Assembly (NCBI GenBank): GCA_951406725.2
Contig: OX597816.1
Location: forward strand, 80,662,001-80,726,000
Direction: 5' to 3'
From: Octopus vulgaris
Taxonomy: Eukaryota
Length of the DNA stretch: 64,000 nucleotides
Part shown: piece by piece, positions 1 through 13,792 of the stretch
Numbering within the stretch: position 1 is the first letter of the stretch
Layout of the letters: every line of letters starts with the position of its first letter
Position numbers and translations under genes: made by a program
The notes under the pieces: model-generated
What the model saw: only the letters and a program-made list of their open reading frames with translations
Databases searched by the model: none
What the model was told of the DNA's origin: nothing

Positions 1-1049
1 ACTATGCTAGTGCTTCTGGAAAGCATATGGACATTATTATGATATCCAGCTTCACAGCTTCCTCTAAGATGTACGACATTTCTAATTAGCCAGAGAAAAG
101 GTAATATTTTACCACCAACGATGTCTTGTTAGTGGACACAGCGTTAGAATGTCAGGAGGTCTCAGAACACGGTGGGAATATACGAACCAACGGATTCGCA
201 GCTGTTTATCCAGTATGCAGCCATCTTGATAGTTCGCCATTATCACTTCCGAGATTTCATAGCAAAGACTCACTTAAATTACTTCTAATAAATGTCTTCC
301 GTCTGTTAAGTTTCCACAGTTTATCCAAAATAACAAATATCAATGTAAGAGAGAAAAAGTATATTTTACTCATATTTTTACTTTCCTATTCGGATCAAGA
401 TTATTATTCAATTACAGTTTTGGTTTTAGTCCTAGAATAATAAAACTTCCTAATCATAGAGTAATGTTGTACTGGTATCATGTCATATGGACAATGTGCA
501 AAGACACAAACACACACACACACAAATGAATATATCAAACGACTGCTCACACTATTTTTCTCTGTCATTCTTTCGGTGCAGTACCTGTCTCTCACAACAT
601 TCACTACCTCCCAGTTTCGTTGTCCTTCTTCCATCAGTATGTAATTTAGCACACACACACACACATAAAACATTTATGTACACACACACACACATACAAG
701 TCTGAATATATGCGAAGATTGTGTGTGTGTATGTGTGTGTGTGCGTGCGTGCGTTTGTGTATATGGGTGAGATAGTTCGTATGTAAGAGCACGTGGTTGA
801 ATGTATAAAAACCTTATAAGATGCTCGGGCTGCCACCAAAACAACATGAGGGGGGCAGGGGATTATCACTCGGACACAGATGCAGTCTACATCGATAGCA
901 GACTGCATTCCCAGAATACAGAATGATACCCTTTAGTGAACACATTGAGAGATGCGCAAAGCAAATGCTACCACAATTTGTTTATCTTTCTATTTTATCA
1001 ATGTGACATTGGAACACCAACACAACTTAGATTAGATAAGGAAACCTAC

Positions 1050-1127
<78 letters not shown>

Positions 1128-1311
1128 AATAACTTATAAAATAAGGGCAAAAGAAAATTTATAATGCCAAATATGCCGAAAATAGACAAATTATCGATAA
1201 CCATTATAATTTATGCGTCTCGAAACAAGCCGATTGAAATTTCTAAAAAATTCCGTTATTACCGTATTGGTCCCAATTTCAGATTTAATTAATAAGAATT
1301 TTCTCCTCCTC

Positions 1312-1358
<47 letters not shown>

Positions 1359-2289
1359 GCACTTATGGATACTTACATACAAACATGCATGTATATATGA
1401 AGTTGTAATATTTTAATTAATTCACACAGCTGCCAGCAAGTGGATAATGATCACCCAGTCTACCTTGTCCCATTTAATACTGCGTGTATGACTTTCCGAT
1501 TAATACCATAACTTTGCATTTATTCAGGTTTAAATATCAACTTCATGCCAATAAAATTATTTTCATTGTATTCTAAGTTTCTTTTTCGACATGAGTCTCA
1601 CCAGTTTCAGGAAGCTTATAATCTAATGTTTTCTTGCCTTTACAATCCTGTCATCATTATCAAATAATATATCAAGGACTACGTTGTCGATTTCTTCTTT
1701 CTTTTGTTTAGACGCTAGAATTAGACCTCGGGATACTATTTCCAACAGGTCGAGCGCCAGCATAGTGTCTGGTTTGTTTGTTTATTCAGTATGAAGAAGG
1801 ACAGGATGATGAATGGCGTAAAGTGCTCAAGTGGAGCATTTGATCAAATGCCTTATTTAGTTATATTTTTGTACGTTCTGAGTTCAAAACTTGAGTGGCT
1901 GAAACAGTAGTTACAGTCAAGTAGTATTTTTAGATTTCATTGATGTGGCAACCTACTGAAAATGTGTAGTCATATTCTAAAATAAGAAACGAATCCAAAG
2001 TATTTTCAATACTTTCTTCTAACGTGCATGTTTATTTTCACACATTTAGTTAGTTTTCTTTCATGAGTCCTTAGAAACCTAAAGCATTCATTTCAAAAGT
2101 CACAAGTTACTCTAATGGGTGAAAAAGAAACTGGGTATGTTTATCATATATGACACATAGATGCCAGAGAAATATGCTCTATGTGTCACACGTGATTCAT
2201 AGAACAGGCAAACTGTTAAGAAGAGGTTTACATTGCTGACAAAAAAAAAACATATCAGTACTTCTTGTGGAAATCAATATTAAAACCAC

Positions 2290-2452
2290 GTTCCGTCTTT
2301 ATGTTCTGAGTTCAATTTCCGTCAAGGTCAATTTTGCTTTTCATCCCTTCCTCTCAATAAAATAATTACCAGTTGAGCACTGGGGACAATGTAATCGACT
2401 AAGCACCTCACTCAAAATCGCTGGCCTCGTGCCATAATTTGAAATCAATATT
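2290..2452 (+). mobile_element. SINE family 1 fragment
   Basis: GTTCTGAGTTCAATTTCCGTCAAGGTCAATTTTGCTTTTCATCCC...TACCAGTTGAGCACTGGGG. Confidence 0.75.
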
Positions 2453-4399
2453 AAGACCAGGTCAAAGACAATGAAATCTGAAAATTCTGTAGTTTCGGAG
2501 TAACTAATTCATGTCTGAGTTCGAATTCTCTTGAGGTCAATATTAATATACACTTGTGTAGTTGATAAAATGAGAATCTGAATGTGGATTTAAATCATTA
2601 TACCTATTCCTTATACGTCTCTCTCTCTCCCTCTCCTCTCTCTCCCTCTCTCTCTCTCTCTCTCTCCATTTCCTCTCTTCCCCATTCTCTCTCTGCATAT
2701 AAGAAAATGACTGAAAAGAAAAGTTTATAAATTACAGTAATTTATCTTTCGAAAGTTCAAATTCCTCAATAAGTCGCGCACGTATGCGTGTTCACTGTGT
2801 TCAGACAAAAAAATTCAACTCGCCTTGCCTAATCTTGTACCTTAATTTAAAAAAAAAAATGAATGCCAAAATCTCTATTGATAGTATTCGAACTTGGCAT
2901 CTTAATAACCAATATGGCATCTAAATCCAGCATTACTCCACTAAAAAAACACAGAGAGCCTCAAATGACATTTTAGTCAATCGTTTGCAGTAAAATCAAG
3001 TTGAAGCAAGAAATACAAAATAACATGAATATATATAAAAATATAACCTCTTTTCCTCAAGGATAATTATGTTTTAGAGAATATATTTAATTATATTTTG
3101 CCGTTGTTTTATTCTTTCTTATTATCAAAGTCAGATCGAACGAAAAGATTTTGATATTTACTACTTTCAATGTTTCAAAACTTTATTTTATCTTTTTTTC
3201 TCTTTTATTGAAGATTTTGTTCAGAAGAAAATTCTTCTGAAGAAATTTTTCATAGCCTTCCTTTCATTGATTTCTTTCCTATCAAGTGAAAATGTTTGAT
3301 AAACTTCTTAGATGTTGGTTATTTTTTCAGTCTTTTATTTTTCTTCAAGGGTGAAAACAAATCTATGAACTAGTTTCAATTTTTTTTTTTTGTCGAGACA
3401 TAAAATGAACGCCCAACCCGTTTCATTCTACAAATTCACTTTTCCAACTTTGTTTCCCCGCATACAAAAACATACACACACGCATGCGCACGCACGTGCG
3501 TACACTCACAGAAACACACCCATCATCGTTTGCACCAGAAATATGCCATTAAACGTTATAGATTTATTATGGCAATTTTATAAAGTAGAAGACGGATATG
3601 TGACAACACTGTTAGTTTCCAACTGAGAACATCGATTGAATTTACTTTCTCTGATCCGGTATCAAAAGGTTAATCTATCAACATCATGCTGATATGCCTT
3701 CTTCGAGTTATACATCACATTAGTAAACGGTGAAAGTTGCTTTTGTGCATTAAACGTTGACATCATATGACATTTATACGCGGAAGTTTGTGACGGTAAG
3801 CTCTACTTAAATAACTTTGGAAAATTATGTTATATTACACTATTTAATGTCTATCACGGCGTATTTGTAAATACCACTTAAGACATTTATGCTTGCTATC
3901 CATCATTAATGATAATATATGCTGAATTATAAACATTCATTAGCTTACAGATGGCAATAGAATTTCGTATGTAGTTAATAGTTGAAAATGGTGCTTATTT
4001 TCGTTTCGAGTATATATTATACGGTGCAAATGCCGCTCATGATTGATGATTATTATCATATTCATTGAACATTTCTGTTTTCGTAAGATGTAAATATAAT
4101 AAATGATTTGATCGGTGTTTAATTCCACTGCTAGAATTCCTAATGTGCTGTCATTTGGAGGATTTCTTCTGACTACCGTTTCTACAGACTTACAGCTGTG
4201 TACAGTAAATTTTAATCACTTATGATTAAAAATGCAAAAGAATTCTTTACATTGTTACATGGTCACGAATGTATAAAGATGTGGGATACTGTCTTCAGAC
4301 ATAACACAGGTATTTTATTTTATTGTTGATTCTGAAAGTCGGCGTCACAGAAATATTAGCGTAGAATGATATTTAAAACATTTTGTAAGATGTTTCTGT

Positions 4400-5345
4400 T
4401 AACTTAATGGTGTTTCAAATTTCAATGTGCATGATTCTGCATTTCGTTCTTACAGTATCAATAATAGAAAAATACCAGTCAGGGAATCGAGTCGATCGAC
4501 TTGACTGCTCACCTTCCAAAATTATTGGCTTTGCACCAGTCTCAGAAATAATTTAGGGTGGTGGTTTGGCAAAATCCCACTGAAAGTGGGATTTGAACCC
4601 AGATCGTAAAGAGCTGTAAGTATATAAAGCAAGGTCTTTATAATAATAACTGTTGTTAATATAGAGGCAAGGTCATATTTAGGTGAGAAAAGGGGTTAGT
4701 CAATTACATCAACATCAGTACTTGACTTGTACTTCATCAACACCCAAAATGCTTTCTGATATTAAATTATATCTCATTAAGTTCTCAGTTCAAATACCGT
4801 CGAGGTCAACATTGCTTTGCATAGTCCTAATTTGAGAAAATAAAGTAAAATACCAGTACTGCAGTCAATGTAATCCACTACCTTTCACCCCACAAAAGTA
4901 ATGTCTTGTGCTTATGATAATTATTGAAGCATTTCATACACAGAATTGAAAGACTCTCATACAAATTGTCTTCTGTTATTTACTTGCTAACATTGTTCAT
5001 ATCCCACTGAGGTTTATTTTGCCTATCATATTACCAGATCGGTACAATAAAGTACCTGATAAGTTCAAAGGCAGTTTAAACCACAGAGGAAATTTAAACC
5101 ACAAATCTTGAGAACTTCTGGCCTTGTGTCTAGACTAGAGGTCATCATTACGGACGGTTGACTAGTAAACTCGCTAGATGTCTCAGTATAATTATTAGGG
5201 ATCTTTACAATCTGAATCACCAGCTACGGTCAGATTTGCCTGTCTTCTTTTCAAGGTTGTTAAAATTAAGTACCAGTCAAGTACTGGGATCCAAAGAATG
5301 ACTGTTCCGTTCCCCATCTTTCTGATCTTGTGTCTATGCTAATAA
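4400..5345. mobile_element. Cluster of old, degenerate SINE family 1-like fragments
   Basis: Repeated partial motifs GAGGTCAAC.TTGC, AAAAT.AAGTACCAGT and GGCCTTGTG. Confidence 0.5.
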
Positions 5346-6864
5346 AATTTATCAATATTAATATTTTGTAGATTTCTAAATGAAGGACAAGAGAGCAGAT
5401 CTGTAAGGAAGCGGGTGCAGTCCACTGGAGGGACTACAATACATTACTGGTACATACACTGTCGCACACATGATTTGAACCAACTTTCGAAAGATAAATA
5501 AATACCTCACATCCTACTGCTCTGTAACATTATCATCATATCTTATAATTATTATGAACATGTAACAACTGCTCTGTATGTACAATAAGAAGCTAAATAT
5601 TACGAAAGTGTTCCTTTGAACTTCTCTCTATAAAGTGAAGTTTTAACGAATCTATTAGTTGCAGATACATGCCGTATATTACATGATGCCATGTTACGTA
5701 CTGGTGAGGAAGAGGAATGTCGAGTTTTAGTTGAAAAAAGTCAGTTCATGCTGCTGATGATGATGACGACGACAGACCATGTTAGTAAGGATGAAAAAGG
5801 TGATGATGATGATGATGATGATGATCAAAGTTAAAAATATAAAAATAACAGCACAAGAAGACAATATGCACAGTACAAGTAGACACAGCATGTCGTGCCA
5901 TTTAAGCTGTGACTTATAAAAATGTTTATTGGTATTTCTCTTAGCCCGTAAGTCGAATTCCAAACAACATGTATTCTACTAAAGTGAATAAAATGCTGTG
6001 ATATGTAAGTACGTTCTTTCTAAGTTGACATTTATATTTATAAATGAAATTGCGCTGTTTCTCACTTAACATTTTGTACACCTTGTCACAAATTTGTTTT
6101 ATCCAAGCCAGTACACACGACTCAATTGCCGTTGTTAGCAACACATGGCGTAGAATAGTACTGAGGAAAGATGATGGAGAAGATAATATTGTACCGAAAA
6201 CAGAGGCAGATACTTCTGTACCGATAATACGTGGCGGGGAGTTTATATAATAAAGAACTAGAAATGAACAAGTAATATGAGGCAGATAATAATGTACTGA
6301 AGATTCATGGTGGTGCATATTACTGCAGTGGAAATGTACACTGAGATATATACTGATAGTGAATACATTATGGGGCTTATAATATCGCGTTGAAAATATA
6401 CGGTGGGTTATTACATACTAAGAAATAAATGTTGGGACATATAATATTGTAATATATTAAACTGCATTAGAAATGATACGGAACATATAATAATGAACTT
6501 AAAATAGAACTGAAAGAAGCTGAGATGATTTTTGAAATATATAAAATGTAACTCAGTACTGTATGCTGATATATGATTCATCCAGTTTTCACAATAGCTG
6601 GTATGTACTGCTATGTCGTACTTTTTTACTCCCAGTTCAGCTAAACCGCTTTCCAAAAGATTTCCAACATGTCACAAATCCTACAAATATTTCAAGATTG
6701 AATTCAATCAGTTGATTATGATCATAATTACGTTTGGCTGGGGTAAAGATGGTATCAGCTGATAGTCCTATCACTCGACTTATACACGTGTTTGAGTTTA
6801 TAAACTACTAGTGATATTTCCAGCAGTTCCATCACTCTGTGTGCGTGTGTTTGGATGTAAGAAG

Positions 6865-6899
<35 letters not shown>

Positions 6900-7840
6900 G
6901 GACTGTATCCATATATACATACTTATGTTAGTGGATATGTATTTAATGTGTGTTTCTTTCTCTCCCTTCATACATAAATGCCTATATGGAGAGAGAGAGG
7001 GAGAGAGAAAGAAAGAAAGAAACAAACAAACTTGTAATTAGGCATTCAAGTATACAATATATGCCAGCACATAAAACTCACATATTTCTTAAATTTAATC
7101 AAGAAAAGAGGTAGGTAAGTCACATACTTTTGACGCCCTTTATTTATGACTATTTAATTTAATCTGTTTTATGAAACAGAGATTCTATATTTGGCAAATA
7201 TTTTACTGCTTGCTTTCCTTCACTAGCAATCCTAAAAGTTAGTTGCTTGGTTTTCTGTGCGAGCATAGTTTGTAGAAAACATAAATAATTTTAGGTGAAT
7301 GAACTTGCAATTCCCAAATGACAATGTAACCTTCGTTCAATTAAGGTATCTTCGGCTTGCGTACCCCCCGTTGAGTAATTATTACATCAGGGGATCTGTT
7401 AGATAGAAAACATATTTAGCCTGGATTTTACTTGTTCCACTCCTTCAATTTGGATTTTTATTCCCATTCATAACAACTCTAACCGCGAGCTATACATACA
7501 TTTTTTCAGCTTATAGAAATTCGATATCGGAAAAAGCCTACAAACTTCGATGCCAATAAATTATTATTGTACCCGAACGTTGTATTTTATACCTACTAGG
7601 GACTGCGCCAAGCTTACAAACTTCCTACACTTAGGTCCTTGGATCTTACAATTACGTATATATATATATTTTTAATTCTGTTGGATTTTACCCATATGGT
7701 ATTGGAATCTTACATATATACCATTCTGCCTAAAAAATGGATCTACAAATTAAGTATCCCTACATATCTCACATCTATTTTCTTCCCTGCACCTCACTCT
7801 CTATTTTGTAGCCTATCTAAATTAACTATTGCTTAACCAT

Positions 7841-7970
7841 CCTCTCACACCATCTCCAATGAAGGGATATAATTAATAAATATCTTGGAAACAGCTGTAA
7901 GACCTATCTATAAATGTTCTAATATCTACACAGCCTTGGTTTTTTTTATCGCATTACGCAAAAAATTATT
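7841..7970 (+). mobile_element. Second hammerhead-like repeat family, copy 2
   Basis: ATCT-CCAATGA-AGGGATAT..ATATCTTG-GAAA-CAGCTG-TA-AGAC (palindromic stem III ACAGCTGT). Shares the downstream tail CTATCTATAAATG.TCTAATATCTA.ACAGCCTTGGTTTTTTTTATC.CATTACGCAAAAAATT with 39378-39508. Confidence 0.5.
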
Positions 7971-8120
7971 ATATACACACGCTGACATATGACCAACGTT
8001 GAACCCGTTATTGGAAAAATCACCGAACCTAGAACTTAACAATGGTCTGTCTATAGTACTTATTCAGCATTACTTGACACCTTTGGGTCTCAATTTCACG
8101 ATTACCTCTTATAACCTATG

Positions 8121-8171
<51 letters not shown>

Positions 8172-8994
8172 ATATATATATATATACATGCATACACAGA
8201 AATAAAGGGAGGGGAGTTTGAAAGTGAGAAACAGTAAAGATGAAGGAAATAGGTGCCATTCCTTTAAAGATGAGTGTTCCAAATTTTTTCAACGCAACTG
8301 GCTGGGAATATATAATAACTACATCAATTTCGCAATAGAAAGTTGAACCTCGGAATGAGACCTGATTGAGGAGATTTCAATGAGCTCAGCTACTTGTATT
8401 GGCTATATTATAGTCTCACCTTTATACACCACGTACGGCATGTTTCTATGTACCATAGTGTGTATATTTATATGAATGTGGTTTACATGTCTACACAAGA
8501 ATGTGGTCAGCATTAAAGCTTTGTCAAGAATATAGAAGTGTCTGTTAAATACACACAACTAACACAGTCCAGCAATCTTGTCGAAATATGAAAGAAGTAT
8601 CAACAATACTGGACAGCCAATTGCAGTCTGGTCAACTACTGTTGAAAAGAAAACACTGTTTACTATATAGATGTATGAATGGTGGATTAAAGTGACTTTG
8701 TGTTTGAATATAAGCAGATATAGAGAGAATTAAACATATAAAGCAACAGCAAAAACTCACTTAAACAAACATCCGTACGTGCGCAGACTTAATGATACAT
8801 CTATACCCCGGTATTATCTATTTCACTGTCTCTTGCCTTCTTCTTACTTTCTTTCTTTCTTTCTCTCTCTCTACTCTTCTCTCTCTCACTCATTTGTATA
8901 AGTGTATGTGTGAATGTGTGTATAATGCATATATATATATATATATATTTGTATGTGTCTGTATATGTATATATATATGTATATATATATATAG

Positions 8995-9026
<32 letters not shown>

Positions 9027-9076
9027 ATATGCATGTATACATATGTATGTATACATATATACCTATGTATATATAC

Positions 9077-9108
<32 letters not shown>

Positions 9109-9264
9109 CACGCATACGCACACACAGATATGTATGCATGAACGTACGTATTCATGCATTGACTTCATATGTACTTGTCACTGTATAAACAGGCGCAGTC
9201 ACTCAAGCAAATATATCACTAGGTAAGCTTATAAACATACAAAAGCATATATTTACACACACAG

Positions 9265-9314
<50 letters not shown>

Positions 9315-9808
9315 GCATACGCACGCATATGTACGCATGCTCACACATTCATACTAACACAGGATAGATATATGAATCTATTTATTCCTATCTATTATTC
9401 AATTCATAGTTTTGAAATGTACACAATAAATCAGGAACGTAAATATATATATTATATAAATAGCAACAATATTAGTATGTGATTACTATTTGATATTCTT
9501 GAATATTTCTGCAATGAAATTTCCAGTTGAAGAACTACATTCTCACGCATTAGCTGCACGGCAAATTCTATTTAGAATTTAAAGCATGTACATTACTTAT
9601 TATTGAACATATTTTCGTGTCACTAAAATCGTGATAAGTTCAATGGTTTGAACATGATTTAATATGTAAACAGTCTATTCTGATATGTGAATATGTGTAT
9701 ATTTACACACACTTACATGTATACATCTCTCTCTCTCTCTCTCTCTCTCGCTATATATATATATATATATATGTATACTTCATATATACATTATATATAT
9801 ATATATAT

Positions 9809-9855
<47 letters not shown>

Positions 9856-9940
9856 GTATACATATACATATATATATATGTGTATATATATTATATATAT
9901 ATATATATATACACATGTATATATATACACATGTATAATA

Positions 9941-10001
<61 letters not shown>

Positions 10002-12199
10002 ATACAAATGTACGGGCACGTTCGTCTCTGTGCAGTCATAGAATCTTACTGCTTAAAATATGGAGTCATGCTGGTATGTAAATTTAATATTGTTTCAATC
10101 TAAGAGTGCTTATGCCTTCATTTCAACGTCTGTACGTGCACGCACATGTTTGCGTGTGTGTGTATGCGTGCGTGAGTGAATGTTCGTATGCATGTGGAAG
10201 TACATGGACAGGTACACCTCTGCATGACTTAATGCTCTATGTATGGCTTATATGCACATATTACACCTGAGGACTTGTTAGTTTCTCATGACTAATTGCA
10301 GTGACGGCGCACGCCTTCATTATACATGGAAACAATAGTGAAGCACTTAGCATAGAACAAAAGGCAACGTTGCTCCCTCCTCAAACTGCATCAATTAGCC
10401 ATATGTGTTTGAAGAAATCCTTACAAGCAGCTTAATAACTCAATCATTACTGCCGAAACCACCGTTATCGTTTAGATGAAGCAGTTTTCCTTTTGCAAAC
10501 TACTTTCTTTCTGGACGTTGAATATATTCACTGTATTCATATACTCAATATTACTAATTCTTAATGATTAATGCAATTGCTACTCAATGTATTTACAGTT
10601 CCATTTACCAACACTAAATGTTGCTCTTGGAATGTATCTTTAATAACCATACAAGAGTGGACTCCTGCCTCACCCATTTCCTGGCTTTTCTCTAAAGTCT
10701 TTGAAATATTTTGAGTAATTTCAGTTTCACGATCTTCTATTTATTTATTTATTTATCTATGCATTTATGTATTTATTTATTTATTCATTCATTTACTTTG
10801 TGCCCTCAGTGCTTGCATTTCTGTACCCTTACATTAAATATTTCCCACAAATTCCCCTCTAAATTATACATTATAATTAATAGAGTGTTCAACGAAATTG
10901 TCAACCCGTCTCACACACACACACTTTCGATTTTGTTTCCTGTAACTCTAAGTTGACCAACCGATATTTAAAATATACATAACCTCAACTAACCTCGGCC
11001 AATGGCGCTAAATAACGAATTTAATTTCGCTTCTTTTATCCGTCCATCTTTCATCTATCCATCCTTCTGTACTTCTATCCATCTTGTCATTCAGAGATTC
11101 TCTTTATTCATCGTTCATTCAGTTCTCCATTCGTTCATTTGTCCAATTATTTCTTTATCTATTTGCTTTTGTGTTTCTTGTTTCACTTTGTTTTCGTTTT
11201 ATTTTATTTTCACTTTGTTGGGGGTTTTTTTTATTAAAGGTAGGGAGACATCGGCCAAAGTTTATTTGTTCATTGGCCACTAGTCAACAGCGAAGGAATG
11301 TTAGTTATAGAGCAGGGAAAATTCTATCCCTGACTAATGAAAAGAAGAATACGTCTTCTTAAATTTTGTCGACTTATAGGTACATATTTACCCAAAAACT
11401 AGCTGCTATCTTACGCATATCTCTGGAAGCGAGAAAGAATGTTTCAATCAGAAACAAGAGGCTAATTTGTCCTATTGTTTGGGGGATAAAAACAGTGGTG
11501 TACAGTAATGGGGAATAGAATAGTATGGCTTTGTATGATGTAATACAGTGTAAGTGTAGTGTCGATGTAGTTATATTGAGAAGCGTGTTGTCGTTTTATT
11601 TGGAGGTGTAAGGCTTTGTGTAGCTTAGTGTAGCGTGTTATGCTGTGTGGTATGATGTGCAGATTGGATCAAAATATTTTCTCCTTATGTTGCTATGGTG
11701 ACATCAGTTATTCCCTTCCTATATTGTTATGGCAATATAAAATATTCATTAAAATCATTAATTAATAACAATATTGATAACGATATTAACAGTAATACTA
11801 ATATTATTAAGAATAATAATGTTCTTTCACATGTTAATGAGGGTTTATTACATTTTATAATAATAGCAATAGCTGAAGAAATATGTATATAATTATTGAT
11901 AGTATTTTTTTGAAAATAATAAAAATCATCATCATCATCATCATCAGCAACACCATCATTATCAACCTCGTCATTATCACTATTGCCACCATTAACTTCA
12001 CTACTTCTTCGATTTTATGAAGAATGACATTAACGCTAGTATCGGTACTAAATTATTATAACTTCCGTTAAAGTCATTACAGTGTAGAAATATTTGCATA
12101 TAGTTGTTAATGAAAGTGATAGTGATTGCAATGGTAACCATACCAACATTAAGGACAATTATATTTGACCTTGATGTAAACAATAACTACAATAATTAT

Positions 12200-12650
12200 G
12201 ACTTCTAATTTTGGTACAAGATTACCCTTTTGTTAGGGAAAGGAATAGTCAATTATATCGACTCCAGTGCATAACTGGTAATTATCCTATCGATTCCGGA
12301 AGGATAAAAGGAAAATTTGACCTCGGCCGGATTTAAACATAAATTTGGACTCGGAACTTAAAAGGAGGTAACATTATACCGCTAGGTGACAGAACCGGTA
12401 AACCATCGAACATTCTGTACGAAGGTCAACCGATTCTGTCATTTTCCGCCTTAATAACTACAATAGTAACTGTTTCTAGCATTGACATAAGATCAAAAGT
12501 TTTTGAGGAGGGCACTATCGATTAAACCGACTCCAGTCACAAAATGGTACTTATTTTATTGATTTCGAAAGGATGAAAGGCAAAGTTAACCTCGATGGGA
12601 TCTGAGCATAAACTTGACATAAATACTGTAAGATATTATTTTTCTGCCAT
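12200..12650 (-). mobile_element. Two degenerate SINE family 1 copies
   Basis: AAGGAT.AAAGG.AAA.TT.ACCTCG core occurs twice. Confidence 0.65.
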
Positions 12651-12701
12651 TAAACTGCTTTTAACAAGAGTAATGAAAAAAACAACATATATTATTATTA
12701 C

Positions 12702-12756
<55 letters not shown>

Positions 12757-12771
12757 ATTATTATTATTATT

Positions 12772-13102
12772 CAGTAGTTTTAAATTTATAGCGTGCTTTC
12801 ACTTCACTTCCGCGCGCAGCTCTGTGTGCCTTGGGTATGTGTTGTGATTTGTTGTGGTGCTCTGATGGTTACTGTATTGAAAGTGTTCTGCGTAGGATGT
12901 GTGCAGTGCCTAGAAGGCAATTTTCTGTATGTTATATTTGTTTGTAAGTCCTGGTGTTTTTGTTATGTATTTGTCTGAATATTTTTTTTATCATGCCTAA
13001 TTTTTTATCATGCCTAGGAATTGTTTCTGTTTTTAGATTCTACATTCTAGTTACCTCTATTTCCAGGTCTTTGTATTTTGAAAGTTTCTCCATTTCTTTT
13101 AG
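12772..13102 (-). mobile_element. 3' fragment of an RLE-endonuclease non-LTR retrotransposon (Dong/R4-like)
   Basis: Minus strand reads LKEMEKLSKYKDLEIEVTRM*NLKTETIP..GMIKK...LGTAHILRRTLSIQ* followed by a short 3' UTR. Flanked on both sides by (ATT)n. Confidence 0.85.
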
Positions 13103-13121
13103 ATTATTATTATTATTATTA

Positions 13122-13790
13122 GGCGGCGACCTGGCATAAATCGCAAGCACGCCGGGCGAAATGCTTAGAGGTATTTTGTCTGCCACTACGTTCTGAGTTC
13201 AAATTCCGCAAAGGTGGACCTTGCCTTTCATCCTTTCGGTGCCGATTAAATAAGTACCAGTTGCGCACTGGAGTAGATATAATCGACTTTATCCCTTCCC
13301 CCAAATTTGTGGCCTTGTGCTTTCAGTAGAAACAATAATTATTATTATCATTATTATGAGGGTGGCGAGATGGTAGAATCGTTAACGCACAGGTCAATAT
13401 GCTTAGTAGCATTTCGTCCGTCCTTACGTTTTGATTTCAAATTCTGCCGAGGTTGACTTTGCCTTTCAGTTTTTCGGGGTCGATTAAATAAGTACCAGTT
13501 ACGCACTGGGGTTGATGTAATCGACTAGCCCCACTCCCCAAAATTTTAGACCATGTGTCTATAGTATGAAAGATTATTATCTGTGAGCTGACAGAATCGT
13601 TAGCATGCCGGGCAAAGTGCTAAGCGGCATTTCGTCCGTCTTTACGTTCTGAGTTCAAATTCCACTGATTTCGGCTTTGTCTTTCATCGTTTCGAAGTCG
13701 ATAAAATAAGTACCAGTCGAGCACTGGAGTCGATGTGATCGACTAACCTCCTCCCCCAAAATTTGAGGCCTTGTGCTGATAGTAGAATTG
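13122..13790 (+). mobile_element. Three head-to-tail copies of tRNA-derived SINE family 1
   Basis: Units at ~13122-13333, ~13360-13572 and ~13582-13790. Each has a TGGCAGAA-like A box, a GTTCAAATTCC-like B box, central TTTGCCTTTCATCCTTTCGGGGTCGAT.AAATAAGTACCAG and a GGCCTTGTG-like 3' end; separated by ATT runs. Confidence 0.9.
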
Positions 13791-13792
13791 AT

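Noticed and set aside
8792-10081. Long YI/CV/HT/LS-rich ORFs here and throughout the ORF track
   Set aside because: Translations of (AT)n, (GT)n, (CT)n and tetranucleotide microsatellites.
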